DNA of 64,000 nt from an uncultured Bacilli bacterium (lineage in GTDB: Bacteria > Bacillota_I > Bacilli_A > RF39 > UBA660), in NCBI GenBank assembly GCA_947625505.1, contig CANQON010000004.1:23498-87497 (forward strand), written 5' to 3'. A model generated the notes under the pieces. The model had not been told where the DNA came from, ran no database searches, and worked only from the letters and a program-made list of their open reading frames with translations. Shown here in pieces: positions 38,060 through 47,247 of the stretch. Within the stretch, counting starts at the first letter, position 1. The number at the start of each line of letters is the position of its first letter. Position numbers and translations under genes: made by a program.

Positions 38060-39073
38060 TTAATTATGAAATAGATACATACAATCAGCATCCCCTGCTT
38101 CACGATATTCTTTTACCATACTAGGTACTAACATCTTTTTAAATTTAAACTTATCTAATTCAGGTCTTTCTTGTAAAATATATTTCTTACTAAATAACTT
38201 TTTTAAACCCTGTTTTGCGACAAAATTCTTTTGACGATAATTATATTGATATGCTACCTCAACAGTTGCTCCCTTATTTAAAATAGCTTTTAATTCTTCT
38301 GTTATATATCTTCCAAATCCATCACTAGATATAACATTATAATATTCATCTGTTAAATACTCATATATATTAGATAACAAAACTAAATCATAAGTATGAG
38401 GTATCTTATGTATTTGTAAGATATCCATATGCATATAATTGTGTTCAAATCCCCTTCTAAATATTGCTTGAGCAGCTTGATAACTTTGATAATCTCTTAA
38501 ATAAGCATTATTCGTTATTGCAGCTTTCTTATCTCCTCCATATAACAAATATGTATCCGTCATCGAAGTATTCTTTTCTTTAAAATAAGCATATAATTTA
38601 TCCCAATATGTCATAGCGTCATTAGGTAAACTAGATCTAACCTTTAAATAAGTTTCATAAGCAAAATAATTTGGATTAGGATTAACTAACTTTTGTGATT
38701 GTCCTAAAAAACCATTAGATATTAACTTACGATCATCACTATCAGTAAAAAAGCTTATAAACTCTTCATAAGATAATGTTTTAAGAGCAGCTACTTTAAG
38801 AGCCGAAATATAATAGGCATTACGATTAGTATCAAAATTATCAACTCTTTTAGCGTCCATTAAAGCTAAATTAATTAATTGATCTCCTGATGCTGTTACG
38901 GTTAATACTTCTTTACCTTTAACAGGTAATTTAGATAAACTACCTATTAAATTCTCTGTTGTAAATACATACATCGAACTATTTATAGTAAACTCAGGGT
39001 GCAATAAGCTTCTTCCTCTATTTAAGGTTGCTATCGTTTCTTCAACATCTTTTATAACCATTTCTTCACTCAT
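38060..39073 (-). CDS. DUF3419 / BtaA-like SAM-dependent transferase family protein
   Basis: VLTVTASGDQLINLAL.DAKRVDNFDTNRNAYYISALKVAALKTLSYEEFISFF resembles the DUF3419 N-terminal Rossmann motif as I recall it. Confidence 0.5.
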   Translation of the reverse strand: MSEEMVIKDVEETIATLNRGRSLLHPEFTINSSMYVFTTENLIGSLSKLPVKGKEVLTVTASGDQLINLALMDAKRVDNFDTNRNAYYISALKVAALKTLSYEEFISFFTDSDDRKLISNGFLGQSQKLVNPNPNYFAYETYLKVRSSLPNDAMTYWDKLYAYFKEKNTSMTDTYLLYGGDKKAAITNNAYLRDYQSYQAAQAIFRRGFEHNYMHMDILQIHKIPHTYDLVLLSNIYEYLTDEYYNVISSDGFGRYITEELKAILNKGATVEVAYQYNYRQKNFVAKQGLKKLFSKKYILQERPELDKFKFKKMLVPSMVKEYREAGDADCMYLFHN

Positions 39074-39155
39074 ATTATTACCTCATTATTATTATATCAT
39101 ATATTGTTCGAATATTTCTTTCATGATATAATTATTCTATGGTAGGAGGATATCT

Positions 39156-40616
39156 ATGTACTATAACAATAAAATATTCGTAGGTTCTAGTGATAAAGAA
39201 TTATCTATTTTACTTAATATGGCTAATCGCCATGGTTTAATAACAGGAGCCAGTGGTACAGGTAAAACTATTACATTAAAAGTAATGGCAGAAAGCTTTT
39301 CTGAAGCAGGTGTTCCTGTCTTCTTAGCGGATGTTAAAGGTGATCTAGCTGGTATGTGTACACCAGGTATTAGTAATGATAATATCACTGAACGTTTAAA
39401 TAAATTAAATATTAAAGATTTTACTTTTAAATCTTTTCCAACCCGTTTTTGGGATATCTTTGGTGTTAATGGTCATCCTATTAGAACAACCGTTAAAGAT
39501 ATTGGTCCAACAATACTAGCTCGTATGTTAGGCTTAACGGAAGCTCAAGAAGGAGTACTAAGTATTGCCTTTAAAATAGCTGATGATGAAGCTTTAGAAC
39601 TAATTGATTTAAATGATTTAAGACTTTTATTACAATATATTGGTGATAAAAGAAGTGATTATACATTAAAATATGGTAATGTATCTTTACAAAGTGTTGG
39701 TGCAATTCAAAGAAATTTATTAAAACTAGAAGAACAAGATGGTAAACTATTATTTGGCGAACCTAGTCTAGATATTAAAGACTTTATAAAATTTAGTACA
39801 GAAAATGGACATGGTTATATCAATATACTAGATGCTCGTGAATTATTTCATAAACCTACTTTATATGCTACTTTCTTACTATGGTTATTAACTAAATTAT
39901 TTGAAACATTACCTGAAGTTGGGGATTTAGCTAAACCAAAAATAGTCTTTTTCTTTGATGAAGCACATCTCCTTTTTGAAGATATGCCTGATTATTTAAT
40001 TAAACAAGTTATTCAAATTGTTAAACTAATTCGTTCTAAAGGTATTGGCTTATACTTTATATCACAAAGTCCTAAAGATATACCAGATGATGTTTTAGCG
40101 CAACTAAGTAATCGTGTTACTCATGCTTTACGTGCTTATACCCCTGCTGAACAAAAAGTTATTAAGGCTGCAGCAACATCATTTAGAACTAATCCTAATT
40201 TTGATACGGAAGAAGCTATTACTTCTTTAGGTACAGGTGAGGCATTAATATCCTTCTTAAATGAAAATGGTGAACCTAATATTGTTGAAAAAGCTACTAT
40301 ATTGCCTCCCCAAAGTCAAATGGGAACAATTGATGATACTTTAAGGCAAGAGGTCATAAGTCAAAGTAGTCTTAAAGGTAAATATGACATACGTATTGAA
40401 AGAGAAAGTGCTTTTGAAAAGCTAAATGTTAAAATAGCTAATGAAGCTAAAGCTATTGAAGAAGAAAAAAAAGCTAAAGAATTAGCTAAACAAAGTAAAC
40501 AGACAAAAAAGAAAAAAACTATGGCTGATAAAGCTGTAGAAAAAACAGCTAATTCAGCTTTTAATACATTAGGACGTAAAATTGGTAATTCCATATTTAA
40601 GGGATTATTTAAATAG
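39156..40616 (+). CDS. HerA-like ATPase, DUF853 (YjgR) family
   Basis: NRHGLITGASGTGKT Walker A, FFFDEAHLLF Walker B, and a Lys-rich C-terminal tail. Confidence 0.8.
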   Translation: MYYNNKIFVGSSDKELSILLNMANRHGLITGASGTGKTITLKVMAESFSEAGVPVFLADVKGDLAGMCTPGISNDNITERLNKLNIKDFTFKSFPTRFWDIFGVNGHPIRTTVKDIGPTILARMLGLTEAQEGVLSIAFKIADDEALELIDLNDLRLLLQYIGDKRSDYTLKYGNVSLQSVGAIQRNLLKLEEQDGKLLFGEPSLDIKDFIKFSTENGHGYINILDARELFHKPTLYATFLLWLLTKLFETLPEVGDLAKPKIVFFFDEAHLLFEDMPDYLIKQVIQIVKLIRSKGIGLYFISQSPKDIPDDVLAQLSNRVTHALRAYTPAEQKVIKAAATSFRTNPNFDTEEAITSLGTGEALISFLNENGEPNIVEKATILPPQSQMGTIDDTLRQEVISQSSLKGKYDIRIERESAFEKLNVKIANEAKAIEEEKKAKELAKQSKQTKKKKTMADKAVEKTANSAFNTLGRKIGNSIFKGLFK

Positions 40617-40618
40617 AC

Positions 40619-40873
40619 TCATATATAGGAGTCTATTTTTAATATAATAAATAACCATAAAAGGCAAAAGATAGGAACTAGTAACATAAATTTTATATGT
40701 CTCGTTTTATGATGAAATAACATCATACTAAAAAGACTACCAAAGCATCCTCCTATCATACTTGCTAAAAGAAGTATTTTTTCTGGTATACGATATTTAT
40801 GCTTAATAGATGCTCTTTTATCTATATAATATAAAAAGAAACTAATAATATTGATAATAATTAAATAAATCAT
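40619..40873 (-). CDS. DUF1294 membrane protein
   Basis: FFLYYIDKR....KYRIPEK.LL..S.IGG..GSL..M..FHHKTRH signature. Confidence 0.75.
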   Translation of the reverse strand: MIYLIIINIISFFLYYIDKRASIKHKYRIPEKILLLASMIGGCFGSLFSMMLFHHKTRHIKFMLLVPIFCLLWLFIILKIDSYI

Positions 40874-40883
40874 ATTATCCCCT

Positions 40884-41513
40884 TTAAGTTAATTTTTTAT
40901 TTAATTCCTTTATTTCCGTATTTATATAATTTATAATTTCTTTATTATCAATAAAGACACTAGTACGTAATCCCTCTTCTAATTCGTGACGAAAAATCGT
41001 AACATATTCTTCTTTATAATAATCGATACGATAACCATAATCAATAACGATATTAGGAATATGATTCTCTATTGTTAACTTATTATTTTTAAACATTCGA
41101 AGATACAATAAACTATTAATATGTAAAAATAAATAAGCCCCTTGTAATACTTTATTATCAGGAAACATTTCATCTAAAATATTTAACATTTCTAAATATG
41201 GTTTTAAATTTTCTTTTTGTTTAAATTCTTCTAAAGAAAAGATAAAGTAACAATCACTTTCAATCGTTTGATTATCTAATAAGTCTTGTTCACACTCTTC
41301 TATTTTAGACATTAAATAATCAAAAAAAGTAGTAAACTCTTCAAGGAAAGAAATATAATTACGAATAAAATCCTCATCAAAAGTATCACTATATTGTTTA
41401 AAATAGTGATCAAGTTTCTGCATAATATCGTAATTAATAATATAATTACTTTGATTTTCCAAAATAATATCAATTATTTCTTTAGTTCTTATTACTACTT
41501 GTTTATCTTTCAT
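40884..41513 (-). CDS. hypothetical protein
   Basis: 209-aa ORF, 7 nt downstream of the 350-aa ORF (operon). No family recognised. Confidence 0.5.
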   Translation of the reverse strand: MKDKQVVIRTKEIIDIILENQSNYIINYDIMQKLDHYFKQYSDTFDEDFIRNYISFLEEFTTFFDYLMSKIEECEQDLLDNQTIESDCYFIFSLEEFKQKENLKPYLEMLNILDEMFPDNKVLQGAYLFLHINSLLYLRMFKNNKLTIENHIPNIVIDYGYRIDYYKEEYVTIFRHELEEGLRTSVFIDNKEIINYINTEIKELNKKLT

Positions 41514-41520
41514 ACTTCTC

Positions 41521-42573
41521 CTATTTTCTTTTTAATTTAACTAAAGGTAAGCCATCTGATCCTATATTACAAGCAATATTATAGTAATCAGTAAAGTCCA
41601 TATCATAAGCATGTTCTAAGCGATAGGAAAAATCATCTAATTCTTTTACGGTATGAGGAAATAAACTCTCACACCCTATTTCAGCATGTAATGGATACTT
41701 TAAAGCATATCTATTTTTAGTTGTTACATCATCGATAAATAAACGATATACACAATGAACTGATCCAGGTGATATTCTTGCCCCTGAAAAAATACATAAA
41801 TGCATACGATTAGCTTTAGTATTAACAACACTAGGATATACGACTAATAGATGCCCTGGGAATAAAAACTCTGATTCATGTTCATAACTTAAATCATTAC
41901 CCATTGTTTCTAAATCTTCTAAACTAACTAAACATTGTTTAATAATATCATAATCATATTTACCACTAAGTAAATTATTTAATAATTGTTGATAACTAGT
42001 ATCGCCATACATACGTCTAAATAATGGATGCTTGATTATGGAATTTAAAGACTGAATAATATCTTCAATACCAATTGCTTTTCGCTCATCATCACTATTA
42101 ATTAAATCTAAAATATCTTTACGATATAAATCTTCATCCGTTAATTCTTGAATAATTGGTGTACTATAATCTTCATAAAGATATTTTAAATCATCAGTTA
42201 AGATAGGTACTTTACCTATCATTAAGTTATCATCAACATTAAATAATCCATCACGAATAGCTCTTTTTACTTTCATACCTTTATTAATATTAGGTACTAA
42301 ATGATTTTTCCCACGATAGCGAATAAATCTTTCTTCACAAGTACGTTCTTTACTTCTTGTAATCAAATCGTGCATATATATAAGCTTATCATGATTGTCC
42401 GCTACCGCATAATACATGTTTTTATCTTTAATAATACGCCAATATGAGGAGGTTGCGCTATCTACTAATTCTAAACGTTGTTCATTGATAACAATATGTA
42501 AGCCTAATTTACTTTCCCCATTAGCCTCAATGACAATTACTCCATTTTCATGTTCTCTAAATTTGTTTCTCAT
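41521..42573 (-). CDS. hypothetical protein
   Basis: 350-aa ORF with a TGTTATAAT extended -10 upstream. No family recognised. Confidence 0.5.
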   Translation of the reverse strand: MRNKFREHENGVIVIEANGESKLGLHIVINEQRLELVDSATSSYWRIIKDKNMYYAVADNHDKLIYMHDLITRSKERTCEERFIRYRGKNHLVPNINKGMKVKRAIRDGLFNVDDNLMIGKVPILTDDLKYLYEDYSTPIIQELTDEDLYRKDILDLINSDDERKAIGIEDIIQSLNSIIKHPLFRRMYGDTSYQQLLNNLLSGKYDYDIIKQCLVSLEDLETMGNDLSYEHESEFLFPGHLLVVYPSVVNTKANRMHLCIFSGARISPGSVHCVYRLFIDDVTTKNRYALKYPLHAEIGCESLFPHTVKELDDFSYRLEHAYDMDFTDYYNIACNIGSDGLPLVKLKRK

Positions 42574-42651
42574 AAATCATCCCTGCACATTCATTATAAC
42601 ATATATCTACAATATAAAACAAAAATATGATAAGATAATAATAGGAGTGAT

Positions 42652-43215
42652 ATGATGAAAACAATTGATTTTATTAATGATACTGATTATATACCTCAAG
42701 ATGATTTTAAAATCGTCGTTATTGATTTAAATGGTGATACTTATATAGCTGATACAAATAATGATGGTAAAGAATTCCCTTTTACATTTCCACAAAAGAT
42801 GTATGATCATCATAAATTAAATGTTCATACAGATTATTTTTATCTTTTATTTTCAAAATATTTAAAAGAATATCCTGAATTATTTGCAGCAGCTAAAGAA
42901 GCTAATATATATCAAATATTATTGCAAGCTATTAAGCATGGATTAATTATCATTAATAATATAACATCATATACAGGTCCCCTATATCAATTATATGGTA
43001 AACGTATTGAAGTAATGGTACCTATGGAAATAACACCTCAAGAACTAGAAGCTTTATCATCATTAAGATACATATTTGAAAACTTTAAAGAAGTAAGTGT
43101 ACGTACTTGTACACCAAATCTTGAAACACACTCTATCATTACCGATCAAGGAACTAAAAGTATTGATGCTTACCTAAATAATAATGGTGTTAATATGTCA
43201 AATAAAGTACATTAA
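42652..43215 (+). CDS. hypothetical protein
   Basis: 187-aa ORF divergent from the previous pair, with an AGGAGTG RBS. Confidence 0.5.
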   Translation: MMKTIDFINDTDYIPQDDFKIVVIDLNGDTYIADTNNDGKEFPFTFPQKMYDHHKLNVHTDYFYLLFSKYLKEYPELFAAAKEANIYQILLQAIKHGLIIINNITSYTGPLYQLYGKRIEVMVPMEITPQELEALSSLRYIFENFKEVSVRTCTPNLETHSIITDQGTKSIDAYLNNNGVNMSNKVH

Positions 43216-43238
43216 AAGAAGGATAATCCTTCTTTTAT
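43216..43238. terminator. bidirectional terminator
   Basis: AAGAAGGA-TAA-TCCTTCTT hairpin between convergent stops. Confidence 0.65.
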
Positions 43239-44038
43239 TTTAAAAATTTTTCATTTATAATCGTTGAATAACTATAATTATTCATTCTTAAACAAGATAT
43301 TTTCTGATTACCTATTTTAGTAACTATAGATATAACACTACGATAATTTTTACTAGTACCATCATGAAAGATAACATAATTATTTTTATTATTTTGGGGG
43401 GTAATAGTAATAACTTTACTTTCAGGTACTAAAACAGAATTAATTAAGCTATGATATACTTTACTACTTAAGGGCGCTATCGGAGTAATCTGTAATGTAT
43501 GTAAATCACTATATACAATACTTCCCCCAAAACTTAAATTATAAGCTGTTGAACCAATAGATGTTGATATTAAAAGTCCATCACCAACAAATGCTTCTAA
43601 TAAATTATCATCGACAAAAACATTTAATTTCGTCGTATTTAAATCTTTATCACGAATTACTATTTCATTTAAAGATAAGAAAGAATCAGTACCATTTTTC
43701 GATTTAACTATTGTTTCTTGAATACTTATTTCTTCTTTTTTAAAATCATTATTATTTAATCGTGCTATAAAAAGTTCTATCTCACTAGGTTTTATTTCTT
43801 GTAAGAAACCTAGAGTACCTGCATTAATTCCAACATAATAAATATTAGTATTAAAGTTATTTTCTTTTAACATTCTAAGGAAGGAACCATCTCCACCAAT
43901 AGCAATTGCTAAATCATAGTTATCATTAACAACTTCAAAGTGATATTGTTTTAATAGTTTGGTTGTTTCTAAAGCTAATTTATTTGCTTCTTCATTATCA
44001 TTAGGAAAGATACATACACGATTAATTTTTCTTAGCAT
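43235..44038 (-). CDS. nadK: NAD kinase
   Basis: GGDGSFLR and NAGTLGFL motifs. Start at the ATG at 44038 (MLRKINRVCIF), overlapping the nrtR-paralog-2 stop by 17 nt. Confidence 0.85.
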   Translation of the reverse strand: MLRKINRVCIFPNDNEEANKLALETTKLLKQYHFEVVNDNYDLAIAIGGDGSFLRMLKENNFNTNIYYVGINAGTLGFLQEIKPSEIELFIARLNNNDFKKEEISIQETIVKSKNGTDSFLSLNEIVIRDKDLNTTKLNVFVDDNLLEAFVGDGLLISTSIGSTAYNLSFGGSIVYSDLHTLQITPIAPLSSKVYHSLINSVLVPESKVITITPQNNKNNYVIFHDGTSKNYRSVISIVTKIGNQKISCLRMNNYSYSTIINEKFLK

Positions 44039-44846
44039 TCTTATATCTAAATAGAGCTGAAGGACGATGTCCTCCACCTTGTTTAACTTTATTTGTTTTT
44101 TCTACTTTATCAGCTATTATTCTTCTAAAAGCAGGATCTAATAGTTTCTTCCCTAAAATAACTTCATATACTTGTTGTAACTCTCCTAAAGTAAAATATT
44201 CAGGCATCATATTAAAGACAATATCGGTATAAGATATTTTATTTCTTAATCTACATATACCTGATGTAATAACTAAAGGATGATCAAATGCTAATTTATC
44301 ATTTTTTAATACTTTAAACTTATAACGATCAGTTGTTAATTCTTTTAAAGTTTTACCAATAGTAAAATGAATTGTTTCTTCTCCATTATCTAATGTAACA
44401 TCAATTGTTTTATCATCTTCCAAATAATTAACATTAAACCATGAAGCATTAGGAGATAACTTATCATTAAGACGAGCTTTATCTACTAAAGCCATATATG
44501 ATGTTGAAATAATACGCATTCTAGGATCACGATTAGGTTCTCCATAAGTATATAATTGTTCAAGATATATATCTTTTAAATTAGTCTCATCTTTTAAAAT
44601 ACGTTTAGGAGCATCCTCAATATCTTCATCAATACGAACAAATCCTCCAGGTAAGCACCATTTATCTTTAAAAGGGTAATCATCTCTTTTAACTAATAAT
44701 ACACTATAATACTTCTTACTTAATTTACGATAATTACTTTCTTCTTCACTAGATACACTAAGAATTAATATATCCGTTGTAATCGAAAAGCGATCATAAT
44801 CATTAGGATTATATGCTTTTAAAAATTCTTCTTCTGTCTTATACAT
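44022..44846 (-). CDS. NrtR-like regulator (degenerate Nudix domain plus C-terminal winged HTH), paralog 2
   Basis: Degenerate Nudix box GGFVRIDEDIEDAPKRILKDETN. C-terminal FTLGELQQVYEVILGKKLLDPAFRRII wHTH. AGAGGTG RBS. Confidence 0.75.
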   Translation of the reverse strand: MYKTEEEFLKAYNPNDYDRFSITTDILILSVSSEEESNYRKLSKKYYSVLLVKRDDYPFKDKWCLPGGFVRIDEDIEDAPKRILKDETNLKDIYLEQLYTYGEPNRDPRMRIISTSYMALVDKARLNDKLSPNASWFNVNYLEDDKTIDVTLDNGEETIHFTIGKTLKELTTDRYKFKVLKNDKLAFDHPLVITSGICRLRNKISYTDIVFNMMPEYFTLGELQQVYEVILGKKLLDPAFRRIIADKVEKTNKVKQGGGHRPSALFRYKNAKKN

Positions 44847-44875
44847 AATAACACCTCTATTTCATTATAACATAA

Positions 44876-44886
44876 TGTTAATAACA
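44876..44886. promoter_or_regulatory. NAD-cassette palindrome copy between the PRT-like gene and nrtR paralog 2
   Basis: TGTTAATAACA. On the minus strand it abuts TGTTATAAT (an internal extended -10 promoter). Confidence 0.55.
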
Positions 44887-44892
44887 TCACAA

Positions 44893-45357
44893 CTAATGAA
44901 AATCATAATAGCGATAAAAACTTTCAACATTTTGACTTTTTTCTTTATTACCATCATAAAAAACATAACTTTTTAAAAAGATACCATTATTTACTTCAAT
45001 ATACTTTTGAACAACATCTCTCGTTTTTCCACTCCAAAAACTATCATCTAAAAAGATATATTTCTTATGATTTAAATCATAATTATCTAAACCTATATCA
45101 TTACCTTTACGAAGTGCTCCATTACATACTAATACTTCTTTATGAGGATGATAATTATTTAAATAGAAATCATTAAAACGTTTACCAAACTTACCACTAA
45201 CGATAAATCCATCAAACTCTTCATTAGTTAAAACATGATTAATCATTGTATATAACCAAGCATCATTAATTCTAATTTCTTCATCTAAAGCATCAAAGAA
45301 TGTTTCTCCTCCTACATATTTAATTAATAAGTCATTTACCATATTTACCATATTCAT
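44893..45357 (-). CDS. small type-I phosphoribosyltransferase-like protein, function unknown
   Basis: 154 aa. KYIFLDDSFWSGKT matches the PRPP-binding loop pattern (hydrophobic4-DD-x-x-[ST]G-x-T). First gene behind NAD cassette copy 1. Confidence 0.55.
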   Translation of the reverse strand: MNMVNMVNDLLIKYVGGETFFDALDEEIRINDAWLYTMINHVLTNEEFDGFIVSGKFGKRFNDFYLNNYHPHKEVLVCNGALRKGNDIGLDNYDLNHKKYIFLDDSFWSGKTRDVVQKYIEVNNGIFLKSYVFYDGNKEKSQNVESFYRYYDFH

Positions 45358-45417
45358 ATTTATCCTCCTTATGTTTTTAACATCTTATTAATATCTAATT
45401 CTAAAAAAATATTATAC

Positions 45418-45457
45418 TTGTTATTAACATTATATTAAAAACATAACGATATGTCAA
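45418..45457 (-). promoter_or_regulatory. NAD promoter-operator cassette, copy 1
   Basis: Identical 27-mer at 45418-45444. Minus strand: TTGACA (45457-45452)-N17-TATAAT (45434-45429), then the palindrome TGTTAATAACA (45429-45419). Confidence 0.75.
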
Positions 45458-45489
45458 TAACTTTCAAAAAAAAGTAGTAAAAACTACTT

Positions 45490-46689
45490 TTATTCATATT
45501 TTTTCTTTAAAATTACTAATCCCATTAACATAGTAATCATTGTTCCAAAGATAATGTAATAGCTAATAATATTATCACTAGTTTCTGGAATAGTTATTTC
45601 TGGTTCAGGTTTTACGATAGCACCTAAAGTATATGGATTAATACTTGTTCCCTCACCCATAACAGCTAAATTACCATTTATGACAATTACAGGTCTTACA
45701 TATTCATATAGACTATGAAAGTATGACCAGCCTTCAGCGCAATCACCTATTGGCATACTAATATGATAATTGTTAATGTAGAAAGATAAGTCTCCATATA
45801 AGAAATCACCAGAAACAACATTATTCTCTATTGCTTCTTCCCCATATCCTGACATGGTTGGATATGTACCTCTAAAACTTAAATAGCTCTTTACCTGGTT
45901 GCCATAATTTTCTACTTCTTCACGATTAGAATAATCATCATTTAGTTTATGATTCTCTAAGTTATCTTGTATTCCTGCATAAATAGCTTCATCAATAGTT
46001 AATTCACCAACAGGATATTTTAATAAACCATTACCTAGTTCTTTGCTAACAGTAAATGAATTTTCCTTATTAGGACATGTTAGTGTTGGTTTTCCTTCTA
46101 TATATCGAAAATAAGCATTAGTATATTTTTCGTTACTAGTAGATCTTACAATATCATTACAATATATTTCATCATAAATTGACTCTGTATAATCTACTAA
46201 TTTATTTTCATACCATGATTCAATCATTTGTTTTTCATCGCTATCAGCATAAGTATTTGATACTCCATTACTAGTATAATCCTTATCATACTTTAATTCT
46301 TCATCATACTCTAAAACACCTGTACAAGTACCATCAGAATTTGGTTTACCACCATATATTAGTTTAACTCCTCCGTTGTCCGTTGTTCTTACGATTTGCC
46401 AACATAAATTAGCATATTTAAGCCAATTATTATCAATATTACCACGATAATAATGAATTGGGTAAGTATCTTTTAAAGTTGAAGCAATTGTATATACTCC
46501 CTTTCCATTTGTATCTGATGAAGTATATTTAAAATTAATACCATTATCATACGTGACAAATTCACTCTTTATATTATCAGCAGTTGCTTGTGATGCAATC
46601 TTATTATATAAAGACTCTTCTTTAGCATATACGGGATAACTTGTTAGAGAAAATATTAATGTTAAAATCAATAATATTATTTTTTTCAT
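45490..46689 (-). CDS. secreted surface protein with a C-terminal sorting-like signal
   Basis: Signal peptide MKKIILLILTLIFSLTSYPVYA (start 46689, GAGGTG RBS). C-terminus is IPETSDN, then a hydrophobic helix, then KKKYE. Confidence 0.6.
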   Translation of the reverse strand: MKKIILLILTLIFSLTSYPVYAKEESLYNKIASQATADNIKSEFVTYDNGINFKYTSSDTNGKGVYTIASTLKDTYPIHYYRGNIDNNWLKYANLCWQIVRTTDNGGVKLIYGGKPNSDGTCTGVLEYDEELKYDKDYTSNGVSNTYADSDEKQMIESWYENKLVDYTESIYDEIYCNDIVRSTSNEKYTNAYFRYIEGKPTLTCPNKENSFTVSKELGNGLLKYPVGELTIDEAIYAGIQDNLENHKLNDDYSNREEVENYGNQVKSYLSFRGTYPTMSGYGEEAIENNVVSGDFLYGDLSFYINNYHISMPIGDCAEGWSYFHSLYEYVRPVIVINGNLAVMGEGTSINPYTLGAIVKPEPEITIPETSDNIISYYIIFGTMITMLMGLVILKKKYE

Positions 46690-46723
46690 TATTTGTTCAC
46701 CTCTATTATAATAAGTATAATCC

Positions 46724-46740
46724 AAAAAAAAAAAAAAAAA
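46724..46740. repeat. A17/T17 homopolymer tract
   Basis: 17 consecutive A on the plus strand, 35-50 nt upstream of the surface-protein start. Part of the conserved element 46724-46766. Confidence 0.9.
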
Positions 46741-46773
46741 CAAGTAACTTTTTTGAAAGATATACTAATATAT

Positions 46774-46805
46774 AAAAAACTATACTAATATATCTTTTAG
46801 TATAG
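46774..46805 (-). terminator. rho-independent terminator of pncC
   Basis: CTATACTAA-N8-TTAGTATAG perfect 9-bp stem followed by T6 on the minus strand. Overlaps the stop. Confidence 0.7.
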
Positions 46806-47247
46806 TTTCTACTTCTTTAATAATTATTTTCTTACATTTATCTCTTTCTAGATTAGGTAATATAATCTTATTAGTATGATAAGTATTTAAATCATTATCA
46901 TAAATACTAATATAAACAACATTATCTTCACCATTTAAATTATTAGGATCTTGTCTATTTATTTTACCTGTTATCCCTACTCCATAACTAGAACTCGCAT
47001 ATTTCGCAATATTATAACTCATTTCTTTTGCTACTTCTTCACTATATACTGTATAAGTATCAATAGTCTCTTTATTAACACCCATTTTTATTTTATATTC
47101 ATTAGAATATGTAACAGCACTAAATCTTAATACTTCACTAGCACCTGGAATATTAGTTATAGCGTTCGCTACTCCTCCACCAGTACATGATTCCATCGTC
47201 GCTATCGTCTTATTATTAGCTTGTAAAAGTTTAACTATTTGTTTCAT
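46780..47247 (-). CDS. pncC: nicotinamide-nucleotide amidohydrolase (CinA C-terminal domain, PncC)
   Basis: ATMESCTGGGVANAITNIPGAS signature. 155 aa. Confidence 0.8.
   Translation of the reverse strand: MKQIVKLLQANNKTIATMESCTGGGVANAITNIPGASEVLRFSAVTYSNEYKIKMGVNKETIDTYTVYSEEVAKEMSYNIAKYASSSYGVGITGKINRQDPNNLNGEDNVVYISIYDNDLNTYHTNKIILPNLERDKCKKIIIKEVETILKDILV

Noticed and set aside
39074-39155. Near-palindrome AATATTGTTCGAATATT in the divergent region between DUF3419 and the DUF853 ATPase.
   Set aside because: The arms are imperfect, it is a single occurrence, and it is of no higher quality than expected in AT-rich intergenic DNA.
10004-42655. Track ORFs lying antisense to or inside longer conserved genes: 10004-10249(+), 10615-10818(+), 12507-12698(+), 14107-14298(-), 15311-15529(+), 18503-18727(+), 23656-23871(+), 33027-33245(+), 39161-39388(-), 40361-40594(-), 42416-42655(+).
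   Set aside because: Each is fully overlapped by a longer ORF with recognisable family motifs. Their translations are low-complexity (I/F/L/S/N-rich), as expected from reading AT-rich DNA off-frame, and none has an RBS.
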